In this document: piece after piece, positions 11,264 through 20,601 of the stretch | Position numbering within the stretch: the first letter of the stretch is position 1 | Layout of the letters: each line of letters opens with the position of its first letter | Assembly: GCA_963779615.1 (NCBI GenBank) | Contig: CAVZZA010000004.1 | Span: 96,001 to 160,000 of the forward strand | Origin: an uncultured Nitrososphaeraceae archaeon | GTDB taxonomy: Archaea; Thermoproteota; Nitrososphaeria; Nitrososphaerales; Nitrososphaeraceae | Direction: 5' to 3' | DNA: 64,000 bases | Notes under the pieces: model-generated | Seen by the model: the letters and a program-made list of their open reading frames with translations, nothing else | Database searches by the model: none | Told to the model about the DNA's origin: nothing | Program-made: the position numbers and the translations under genes

Positions 11264-11457
11264 TTACAAGGTACTATGCTTTAGAACTTATTACATTAAT
11301 TTAAAAAAAAATATGGTCCGTTTTCTTAAAAAATTAACTTGATGCTCTTGATTGAAATATGCAAAAGATTTTCTTAACGGGGTGTAAAATTTAGGTAAAA
11401 GGTCCAAGCAACTTGTTTGACTAATAGTTTTGTGCTCAATACGTTAAATTTCCTAAA

Positions 11458-11643
11458 TCAAAAGACAAGTGCCGTTCCGATCTTTCTTCCTGCCAAAGCT
11501 TACTCATGGACATTCTATATGTCCATCTTGTGCCAATATTTTCCATAAAACCCTTGACCAATAAATAAAACAAAAAGGCCAATAAAAGGAATTAGGCCAT
11601 TAAATCCAATCAATTGAGTTTATGCACCCGCTTGCTGCGGCAT
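11458..11643 (-). pseudogene. 5' remnant of sodium:solute symporter (MctP/ActP-like)
   Basis: Reads FIGLFVLFIGQGFYGKYWHKMDI*NVHE*ALAGRKIGTALVF*, matching the SSS N-terminal motif HEWALAGR. It overlaps the end of the DUF3311 gene. Confidence 0.7.
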
Positions 11644-11848
11644 TTCTGTCTTCCCCCTTTTTCTCTAAATAAGCAAATGCTAAATAAAATCCAGAACAAA
11701 TGACAAGCCAATTCGTTTGGAACCAGTAAAAAAATGGCAACCCAAAAATGCTTGGTATTTCTTTGTCATAAAGAGGAACTAGGAGATTAACTGTAGATGG
11801 AATTAATATCGAGGCGACCAAAAAAATATCTCTAGATTTGATATTCAT
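11600..11848 (-). CDS. DUF3311 small membrane protein (symporter accessory subunit)
   Basis: VPLYDKEIPSIFGLPFFYWFQ signature with two TM segments. Confidence 0.85.
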   Translation of the reverse strand: MNIKSRDIFLVASILIPSTVNLLVPLYDKEIPSIFGLPFFYWFQTNWLVICSGFYLAFAYLEKKGEDRNAAASGCINSIDWI

Positions 11849-12098
11849 GAATTTTGGGCATTATTGTCAACATACAAATATTTTGGATGTTCTTTCAAAA
11901 TGACTTTCTGTGTTACATAATCATTAAAAGGATTGTTTTCGCAATTTATTTATCTGTTTTGGTAACATTGAAGGTACCGTTTTAATCTGTATTTGCTGTT
12001 ATTATGACCGAGAATCAAGATCAGGTTTATATTTTTGTTAGGCTAACCGAACTGTGTCTACATTCATTCTAAAAATGATTTGTAGAATATCATCCCTT

Positions 12099-12145
12099 AA
12101 GGGACTTGCAATAAGGGTCTAACCCACCTTTTATTGCAAGCCCTT
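12099..12145. repeat. Inverted repeat (about 15-bp arms)
   Basis: aagggacttgcaataa - 16-nt spacer - ttattgcaagccctt. Confidence 0.7.
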
Positions 12146-12280
12146 TCACATCTTTTTTAGTGATTCCTGTTTTTCAATATATAATTTCATTCATATAAAT
12201 AACAATCAAATCATAAGCATAACAAGATCAACCTTTATGATAATTGTGATTGCCCAATAGTAGACACCAAATAAATAACT

Positions 12281-12330
12281 GGCTCTGTTAACTTAATCAT
12301 TTTTAATTCCTTGATTTTCCATAAATATTT
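12281..12330 (-). mobile_element. Solo IS6-family terminal end
   Basis: ggctctgttaactta resembles the end of the IS6 relic at 36089-36103. The minus strand reads KELKMIKLTEP, like an IS6 transposase C-terminus. Confidence 0.5.
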
Positions 12331-12630
12331 AAATTGAATGATTATGCGTTGCTCTGCGTATGGTTATTGGGTTATGGATTATGGTTTACATAATAATGAG
12401 TAGTATCAAACTAATCGGAATTCTCCAGAGGCAGACTATGAAGGTAAAGTAAATCTTATTGTAACTTAAATTCCAAAATAGCATTTTAATATTTTTGGCA
12501 GTGTTTAATCACCGACTGGAATGTATCAGGACAATAATCTGTCCTAAATGTGATAAACTCATATTAACCACACGATGATATACCCATTAACACAAAATTG
12601 CTTAAATATCACCCAAATATCTAAATCATA

Positions 12631-12939
12631 ATGATAAAATCAAATTCTGTTGTAAAACTGTCAGCAATAGCTGCGTTGATTTTTGGAATGGCAGTAGGAC
12701 CCTTGATGTCTGTAAATACTACAGCTAATGCACAGCCTGCTAACTGCCGTGAGAATTGGGGTGTCTATTATTGTGATGGTTATGTTTTAGGTAAATATGA
12801 CTGTGATCAGAAATATTCCTATCGTGACAAAGCTACCGCTTACAAAGAAGCATGGAAGGATAATACATACAAAGAACAATGGTGGAAGGGATACAGCGAG
12901 GGTTGGACTAAATCTGGTTGTGGTGAGCGGACAAAGTAG
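12631..12939 (+). CDS. Small secreted Cys/Trp/Tyr-rich protein
   Basis: Signal peptide (ANAQ), four Cys and GYxxG motifs; TATA-like ttaaata at 12602. Confidence 0.75.
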   Translation: MIKSNSVVKLSAIAALIFGMAVGPLMSVNTTANAQPANCRENWGVYYCDGYVLGKYDCDQKYSYRDKATAYKEAWKDNTYKEQWWKGYSEGWTKSGCGERTK

Positions 12940-12985
12940 CGGACAAAGTAGCGGACAAAGTAGCGGACAAAGTAGCGGACAAAGT
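12926..12985 (+). repeat. Perfect 12-bp tandem repeat (AGCGGACAAAGT) x5
   Basis: Read directly from the sequence. Confidence 0.95.
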
Positions 12986-13569
12986 TACGGCGGCTATTAA
13001 CCAAATTATATTAATAGAAACTAATTATTTTGCTGTCATCAAATAATTTTTTTGAAAACTGCTTAGAAATTAGAAAATAATTTGTTTTGTTTCATATCTG
13101 AATATTATATCTACTAAGGGAACGATTAGTATTATGATAGAAACGATTGCTGTCCCAATGTTATTGAAAAAAACTTATGGTAATGCTGGAGCCGAACGTT
13201 ATGATGGAGGAGACTAAATAATTTAATTTTTTTAAAGGGCATATTTTATAATACTTTTAGATGAGTGAATTATGTATTTAATTTTTCATTACGTTGGTGA
13301 ATTAAACTTGCCTAACTGAACCAGGCAAATCTTTAAAACACAACTTTGAAACAGGATCAAATTAAAAGGCCAGTTTAGTTGTTTTATTTTGTTTATGCAC
13401 CCAAGAAAATGATGAATCAACATTTCATTATTTAAGAAAGATATTTTCTATTTCATTTGTATAAATTAACAATGCAATGAAATTCCATCTAGTTTGATAT
13501 TCACTTTCATGTTGAAGATGTCAATACCAAAACGGAATCTTCACATGTTTTTGTTTTGTCTGTTTGACC

Positions 13570-14094
13570 CTATTCCTGGTTAGTGTCGATGGCATCATTT
13601 GCTGGAAGATTTAATGTAGGTCCAAAGGTATTTCCGTTATCTTTGCTTATCCTCATGACTGGTTCATTTGATGTTTGATTCTTTTCCCACCATGTAACAA
13701 AGACGTTGTCTCCTGAAGCCACTATTTCAGGATTGATTGAATCAAACATGGTGGAATTACTCAAATTTACCTTCTGTGAGAATAGATTTCCATTATCGTT
13801 ACTAATTCTTATCATTACTTCCCAATTTCCAGTTTTGTTGCTCAACCATACAACGTATACGTTGTCATCCGATACGACCATGGGTGCAAGTAAAAGGGGA
13901 GTTATCTCAAGATCCCCCACATCAAGCTCTCCCGATGCTGATTGTAGGGAGGCCAGGGATGATATTAATACCACTGATAACAGTATTGCTACTAATGAGA
14001 TTGCCAATTGCATTGCACCTCGGATAGAGGTAAATTTATTCATTTGAAAGGGTGAGGGAAAGAGTAATAAAGATATTTTGTTGCTCACATTCAA
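13570..14094 (-). CDS. Exported BNR/sialidase-like repeat protein (short)
   Basis: Hydrophobic N-terminal segment; NVYVVW...ISNDNGNLF and NVFVTW...ISKDNGNTF Asp-box units. The true start may be downstream. Confidence 0.75.
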   Translation of the reverse strand: MNVSNKISLLLFPSPFQMNKFTSIRGAMQLAISLVAILLSVVLISSLASLQSASGELDVGDLEITPLLLAPMVVSDDNVYVVWLSNKTGNWEVMIRISNDNGNLFSQKVNLSNSTMFDSINPEIVASGDNVFVTWWEKNQTSNEPVMRISKDNGNTFGPTLNLPANDAIDTNQE

Positions 14095-14103
14095 GGTTAT
14101 GTG

Positions 14104-15300
14104 CTACTTTTCAATAGGGGCGCCGCTTTTCTTGCGATTCTTCAGGTAGTCAAAAATGTATGTTGATAATCCACCTACAAAACCGGCCCCCATTAGTGAT
14201 ATTAGAGCACCGTATGCACTCCAGAAATCCTTAATCTGTTCTGCCGTTGTAGGAGGTTTCATTACCGACAACGACAGGTTTGCCTGCTGGGTGATAAACC
14301 CTTGAGTTGGCACTGACAGATTAAAATTTGGGATATCAATGAATTTGGAAGGAAAGAGTGATCCTATTGATACATTCACCATTATAGGGATTGAGTACTG
14401 ACCAACTTGTGCATCATTTGGCACTTGTATCGTAAACTGTGTGGGCGCTACTCCAAATGAAGTAGAGGAGGAGCCGTTTGATGGCCTATCGGGGTTAACA
14501 ATTACTTTTATATCCGAATAATTCTGTGAGGGAATAAAACTCACATCTTGAGGTTGAAGGCCAGAGCTTGATTTCAACTGAACACCTATATCCATCCGTT
14601 CCCCTTGCCTTAGCACTAGAGGGCTTGGCAATGTTGAAAATGTATATGTTGATGGTGGAATGTCTATCCAGCTTGTAAGGTCTACAACACTTTTGGCATT
14701 ATTGTTGTATACCAATAAACTGTAGAACAACACTCTATACTTGGATGGAGATGTCATGGACTCTAAATCTAGTGGCAGGATAACATACTTTTGATTTACC
14801 ATGCTGTGATTTCTTTCCAGTTCTATAACCCTAAAGTGATCTGGGGAGGAGTACTCAAAAGTGTAGCTGCTCCACTTTTGGGTTTTGTTGCTCCATTGGA
14901 TTTCCTTTTGATAGTCAACTCCGAATTTTCCTGTTGTTGGATTGTTGTCTACATCAATCAATACTCCATACACCATATTACTCGCTCCTTCCGCCTTCGG
15001 AATTTTTGATACAACATCACCCAACCACAGCGTTGCGGTGAGATTTTTTCCATCACTAAAATAAGTGACTTTTTGGATGTCAGAAGAGTTATCCAATCTG
15101 TCCTTGTAGTCTGCTTTTGTTTGTGTATTTGCTGTTCCATTTACCTGAAGTCCATCTCTGATACCCACATTAAGTTCTTGGCGCGGGAATGATGCCAATT
15201 GGGCGCTAACATCATAACAAAAGGGAACGTTTATTTTGATCACAACCGCTAAAACAAATAGAGAAACTAAGCTACCGTATGATATCGAGGATTTTGGCAA
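14104..15300 (-). CDS. Cell-surface protein with signal peptide and C-terminal TM anchor
   Basis: N-terminal hydrophobic leader, beta-rich (Ig-like) body, and a C-terminal TM helix followed by KNRKK. Confidence 0.8.
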   Translation of the reverse strand: MPKSSISYGSLVSLFVLAVVIKINVPFCYDVSAQLASFPRQELNVGIRDGLQVNGTANTQTKADYKDRLDNSSDIQKVTYFSDGKNLTATLWLGDVVSKIPKAEGASNMVYGVLIDVDNNPTTGKFGVDYQKEIQWSNKTQKWSSYTFEYSSPDHFRVIELERNHSMVNQKYVILPLDLESMTSPSKYRVLFYSLLVYNNNAKSVVDLTSWIDIPPSTYTFSTLPSPLVLRQGERMDIGVQLKSSSGLQPQDVSFIPSQNYSDIKVIVNPDRPSNGSSSTSFGVAPTQFTIQVPNDAQVGQYSIPIMVNVSIGSLFPSKFIDIPNFNLSVPTQGFITQQANLSLSVMKPPTTAEQIKDFWSAYGALISLMGAGFVGGLSTYIFDYLKNRKKSGAPIEK

Positions 15301-15745
15301 AGGCTTATCTTAATACCATATGAATATCATATGCTAGATAACTCTTCTTTTTTCTGATACTTTCTCTTCTGTGAATAACCCGATTCCTTATCTCTATGTG
15401 AAACAAATGATGTCTTATTCCTTCCTGCACTGTATAGTCAAAATGGGAAATTCATATTTATTGATGATTTTTTTTGGTCAATACTTTTTTTATCGTTAAA
15501 AATAGGGCAGAAATTTTTATATGAGAATCCAAAATATACATATGATTTATTCGAATCTCCCTACCTCCTCCCGCTTATCAGGCAGATTATTGCAACAATG
15601 TTAAAGATATCAAATGACCATGAAACAGATAATAAAATTTTGCGATAGCACTCATGCTTACCTATCCAATTTTCATTAAAAGGGGCAGATAAACATTATA
15701 AATCATATGAATAGTATAAAAAATTGTTGAGTACCTCCTACTTTA

Positions 15746-16129
15746 TCATGTACTATTTAAAACTTTGTTAATCCGTTTTATTAATTCCTCGTTTTCTATA
15801 GGTTTTTGTATGAACAAATCCTTGTCTAATTTGTTAAACTCTTCTTTTCTATACTCTTCATAATATAACTCGCTTGCAGTTAAGAAGCATATCTTTATCT
15901 TGCCGTCTATTTTTTTTATCTCGTTGTATAGGGAAAAACCATCAAGTTTTGGCATTTTAATGTCAAACAATGCCAGATCGTAATGATTTGGCTTAAAAGC
16001 AGACAATGCCAAAAGAGGGTCATTAAACGTATCAACCTGAAATCCCTCATACTCCAAAAGCATATCGCAGGCTACAGTGAGGTCAGGCTCATCATCTACA
16101 ACTAAAATTTTTTTCTTTTTATTTTCCAT
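15746..16129 (-). CDS. Stand-alone response regulator (receiver domain)
   Basis: ILVVDDE, DIKMP (phospho-Asp), FLTA and KP motifs. Confidence 0.95.
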   Translation of the reverse strand: MENKKKKILVVDDEPDLTVACDMLLEYEGFQVDTFNDPLLALSAFKPNHYDLALFDIKMPKLDGFSLYNEIKKIDGKIKICFLTASELYYEEYRKEEFNKLDKDLFIQKPIENEELIKRINKVLNST

Positions 16130-18140
16130 CTTGGGTTACCTCAGAATAGTTATTGTTGTTTTCTATTTTGCTCAATGGTAGGCTTAGCGTAAGTGTGACT
16201 CCTTTGCAATCAGTGTTGTTTTCAGCGTATATTCTACCACCGTGTGCTTCAATAATGCTTTTAGATATATACAGCCCAAGACCTGATCCCGTTATGGATT
16301 TGGTAGTAAACTTGGTAAATAGAATTGGGAGTATTTCCTCGGGTATGCTGATTCCTGTATCCTTTATACTTATTATAACTTGATCCCTGCTATGATCCTC
16401 ATCCTGCATTTCCTTCTCTTTCTCCTCATTTCTTTCTATTTTTACTTTTAGATGAATTGAACCCTCCACTTCAATAAACTTGATAGAGTTATCCAATAGG
16501 TTAGAGATGACCTGAACCATTCTTTCTTTGTCTGCATAAACAAACAGGTCCTTTCCTTTAGGAAAATCAAGATATATCTCTATTTTTTTGGTTAAAGCCG
16601 TTTTTTTTACCTGCTCCCTGTATTCATCTATTGTGGAAGAAAGTAAATTGGTTACATTCAGAGTTTCTTTTTTCAATACCAATCGTTGATTCTCAATTTT
16701 GGTAACATCCAATATGTCGCCTATCAGTCTTTTTAGTCTTCTGGCATTTCTTTGAATTGACTCAATCACTATTTTCTTTTCCGGATGAATTGTCAATAAA
16801 TCTGCAAATGCCAAAATGGCCTGTGTAGGTGTTCTTAGTTCATGAGCTGCAATATTTATAAAGTCGCTTTTAAGTTTGTCCAGAAGACGTAGTTTTTCAT
16901 TAGCTTCCGTTAGGTGTTTTTCCTTTTCTCTTAAATCTTCAATTGCCTTTTCAAGATCCTCTGTTTTTTGATATACTAATTCCTGTAGATTTGTATTTGT
17001 ATAGTTTATTTTTTGCCTCATTTTGTCAAATTGAAACGCTAAATCTTTTATCTCATCCTTGTTGTTTTTTTTACCTTTATTTTCATCCAAGTCCAGATTG
17101 TCATTTTCATTTAAGATGATATCGAGATTGCCGTTTGCTATTTCCTTGGATGCGTCTCTTAACCTTATTATTGGCCTGGAAATTGATTTTCCTATAGCCA
17201 AAGATGCGATAATAACCAATAAGCTAATAATTGTTCCTGTAATTATAATCAAATACCTTAGGTTGTCTAGTGGAGCAAAAGCCTCTTTCTTGTCTACCTT
17301 TACTACTAATCCCCAATCTGGGGATTCCAGATACCTTGTTGCAGCTAAAACTGGCTCTCCTCTGTAGTCTAAAGTGTCTGTGATTATGTTTTCCTTCTTT
17401 AGGATTGTTGATTGAATTATTGGTGTATGGACTTCATTCTTGCTTACTTTGTAATTTAGAGGAGCATCTGGGACAAACCTCAATGGGCTTATCAATATTG
17501 CATCTCCATTTTTATCTTTTTTTGCCACATAAAAATCTCCAGTTTGTCCTAAACCTTCATAATTTTGGTGGGTAGAAAAAAAATTATTGGCTGCATCCGA
17601 TTCTATTGATGCCACTCCTATTGTCCTGCCGTTAAGTATCAACGGCCCTGCAAGGTACTCCATTATCGTGGTTGGGTTTTCCTTATCCTTAAAAATGATT
17701 GTGACTTCATTATGTTTTAGTCCCTTTAGAAAATACTCTTCCTTTGATTTGTTACTGCCTATTTCTGCTTTGTCTGTAGATGCAACTACTTTTCCATTTG
17801 TATCTAATATGGAGATGTCTTTGAAACTTTTTATTTCTGATTTTGCAGCCTCCACTAGATTGTTTATGAAGTGCTGTGATTGATTTGAATTTTTTTTGTT
17901 ATATTGGTCCAATTCTATTTTTAACTGAACCCTATTTGTAAACATAACTAATCTTTCAACGTTTTGGTCTAACATGTTTTGAACTCTGTTCTTTTGGATT
18001 GAGGCAATCGTACTAAGATTATTTAGGGTTTCATTTTTGATGAATTGTTCAGTTTGTAAATATATTAATACCGCAAATATACATAATGGAAGAATTGAAA
18101 TAGTTAAAAATACAACAATTAGTTTTGTTGTAATTAACAT
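16119..18140 (-). CDS. Sensor histidine kinase (dCache + HAMP + HisKA + HATPase)
   Basis: Two TM helices, HAMP, AAHELRTP H-box, NLLDNSIKF N-box, DTG and GSGLGL G-boxes; overlaps the start of the receiver gene. Confidence 0.95.
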   Translation of the reverse strand: MLITTKLIVVFLTISILPLCIFAVLIYLQTEQFIKNETLNNLSTIASIQKNRVQNMLDQNVERLVMFTNRVQLKIELDQYNKKNSNQSQHFINNLVEAAKSEIKSFKDISILDTNGKVVASTDKAEIGSNKSKEEYFLKGLKHNEVTIIFKDKENPTTIMEYLAGPLILNGRTIGVASIESDAANNFFSTHQNYEGLGQTGDFYVAKKDKNGDAILISPLRFVPDAPLNYKVSKNEVHTPIIQSTILKKENIITDTLDYRGEPVLAATRYLESPDWGLVVKVDKKEAFAPLDNLRYLIIITGTIISLLVIIASLAIGKSISRPIIRLRDASKEIANGNLDIILNENDNLDLDENKGKKNNKDEIKDLAFQFDKMRQKINYTNTNLQELVYQKTEDLEKAIEDLREKEKHLTEANEKLRLLDKLKSDFINIAAHELRTPTQAILAFADLLTIHPEKKIVIESIQRNARRLKRLIGDILDVTKIENQRLVLKKETLNVTNLLSSTIDEYREQVKKTALTKKIEIYLDFPKGKDLFVYADKERMVQVISNLLDNSIKFIEVEGSIHLKVKIERNEEKEKEMQDEDHSRDQVIISIKDTGISIPEEILPILFTKFTTKSITGSGLGLYISKSIIEAHGGRIYAENNTDCKGVTLTLSLPLSKIENNNNYSEVTQDGK

Positions 18141-18558
18141 AATTTCAATATAAATTAGAAGTAATTAACTTTTGACACACTCATTAACAAATCGCATAAA
18201 AATATTCTATTCTAATCTGCAGATTCTGAAATGTTATGTGTTTTTTGACAAGTTTATTTTTGTGGCTGTTGCTAAATATTGAAAGAACAGGATAGGGTAG
18301 ATACATTTAATGGCCATAATTACTAAAATTAAATAGGTGGCAATAAAAATTGATATTAGCTAAATTTTTCAAATAAAATAGCGCAAGTCCTGTTTTTTTA
18401 ATTTGTTAGAAAAAAAAGAAGACATTCTTAGGGTGCATATACTGCATGACAAACAATGGCTTTGAATTCTCATTAGGCTCAATGTTGTTAGTAGCTGCCT
18501 AACTTTGAGTGATCAGCATATTAAAAAATCTTAATAGAGTCTTCTGTGTTATTGATGT

Positions 18559-18837
18559 ATGAAACCTGTAGACAATGATTCATGTGAGCATATCCAAAGT
18601 GCCAATCAAGATATTGACGCAAAAACACCTGATGGTTGTGAGGAGTGCTTGCAGATGGGCTCTCCTTGGGTACATCTACGTCTCTGTTTAAACTGTGGAC
18701 ATGTGGGTTGTTGCGATTCTTCTCCAAATAAGCATGCCACAAAACATTTCCATCAAACTAAACATCCCGTGATCAAGTCATACCAGCCTGGTGAAAATTG
18801 GGAATGGTGTTTTATTGATGAAGTATTGGTAGAATAA
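18559..18837 (+). CDS. Stand-alone UBP-type zinc finger (zf-UBP) protein
   Basis: CEH...CEEC...WVHLRLCLNCGHVGCCDSSPNKHATKH...HP...W.WC. Confidence 0.92.
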   Translation: MKPVDNDSCEHIQSANQDIDAKTPDGCEECLQMGSPWVHLRLCLNCGHVGCCDSSPNKHATKHFHQTKHPVIKSYQPGENWEWCFIDEVLVE

Positions 18838-19507
18838 TACAGAATAGCAACTACCCCGCATAGGCCAGTAAAATAATTAAAAAATAAATGACTTTTTATC
18901 GCACATTAATCATTGAATTCAAAATAAAAAATTTGATCAACTGGTAAAATACCTATATACTTAGAGCAGGCCCCAAAATTATCTTTCTGTGGATGATGAT
19001 ACAACATGGAAACTGTACCAAACCAAGATAGTTCTCTGCCATCTTTTCACATCCTGTGTACAGGCATGCATCTCATCAGGCTGCAATGTGTCAAACACTT
19101 TGGCAGGTGTATGCCTGAAAGACTATTTTACGAAAACACAAAGACAAGGGATTGATGGAAAATACCTACATATAATCAAAACCTGCAACAACAACAAAGT
19201 CCTCATTCACTATCTCGCCACCGCCTTCTTTCAAGCTGTACCCACAACCGTCTTTTAGTGACTCTTTAGATAGATCTGGCACTTTAATCCCAAAAGCTTT
19301 AAAAGACAGAAAAAAATGGGATAAATTAACAGCATATCTGTTTGCTGTATGGATAATTTAACCTATTGATTCACAAGCCAACAAACAACCATGTTTTAAG
19401 TTAGTGGTGATCACAATTATGAATCAAATAAAAACTACTAATTTGTTACTTATGCGGATATACATTACCACTATGTTACAAACAAAAATTTGCATATGGA
19501 AATATCT

Positions 19508-20008
19508 CTATTGGTTAACATTTATCATTCCCACCATGGATGGATGATATATATACAGTAGTATTCAAAGTTACCCGCACTATTGAAGGTGTGGCTAAAT
19601 GATTGCCCTGGCTCGATATTCCCAGAATCAAATTCTACATTTTGAACTGAAGTGTCTTTGTTAGATCCTGAAGTTACCGTATGTTCTTCACGATGTTCAT
19701 TTGTCCATGTTATCGTATCTCCAATTTTGACATTTAATGGATTTGGACTGAATGACTTGGTTGGCTTTCTTTATTCCTATTATTTTTCCTTTGACGTCAT
19801 ATTTTCCTGCAAAGGCATTTGATCCACCCCTATCATAAAATTAATTGTTTGACTTTGGAGTAGACTTAGAGGTTAAACCAGAATTACTCTCTGCAAATAC
19901 TAGTTGTGACTTGTTTGCTGTTGTTGTTGTTGTAGGTGAAATCGGTGTGGTAAAAATTGTCATAATTATCAAAGACGAGATGAGCATTATTTTTCCATTT
20001 GATTTCAT
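19508..20008 (-). pseudogene. Blue-copper (plastocyanin/cupredoxin) pseudogene
   Basis: Leader MKSNGKIMLISSL..VFA, a stop near 19843, then SFSPNPLNVKIGDTITWTN...HTVTSG...FDSG...FSHTFNSAGNFEYYC-IY. An extra AT shifts the frame before HPSMVGMINV. Confidence 0.88.
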
Positions 20009-20601
20009 GTCGATGAGTATTTCTATATCTCATTATCATTACCTTATAGAATATCAGTATTTTTAATAAATCAAACCTATCAAAATCATACAATATTAAA
20101 TAAGAAATATACTCTAGGCCCTATTAGTATTTGAGTATTTAACAACACCGAAAAACTTCACAATAAAATCCTGGGAATGCATGGATAGGGAACTTGGAAC
20201 GAAAATAGAATCCGTTACCCTGCTTACCCTGGCAATAGTAGATTCCTTTAGTGCATGGCGACATTGAAACCTAATTTTTATATCATAATCGCAGCACGCA
20301 ATTTAACATATCAGTATATGAACGCATTGAAAATTGTGAAACCATAATACGAATATGGTTACCCAAGGTGTAATTCTTTGAATGTATTGTTTCGCAAATT
20401 TGTTTATGCTGCTGCATTTATATCCATGAATAATTAAAACAGAATGTTATTCTAGATATAAACAAACTAAATAATAAAAAGTTGGCGGCATCTATTCCTA
20501 ATTATTATCCTTTTTTTAGGATCATCTCATGTTAACCTTTGAAAAAAGGAAAATCTAATTTCACATAACGTTGACGATTATTTGGTTTATGTTTAAAATC
20601 A

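Noticed and set aside
12926-12985. Tandem repeat as a CRISPR array
   Set aside because: The 12-bp units are contiguous with no spacers, and there are no cas genes in the window.
18989-19258. 89 aa plus-strand ORF
   Set aside because: GTG start, atypical composition and no motif; probably spurious.
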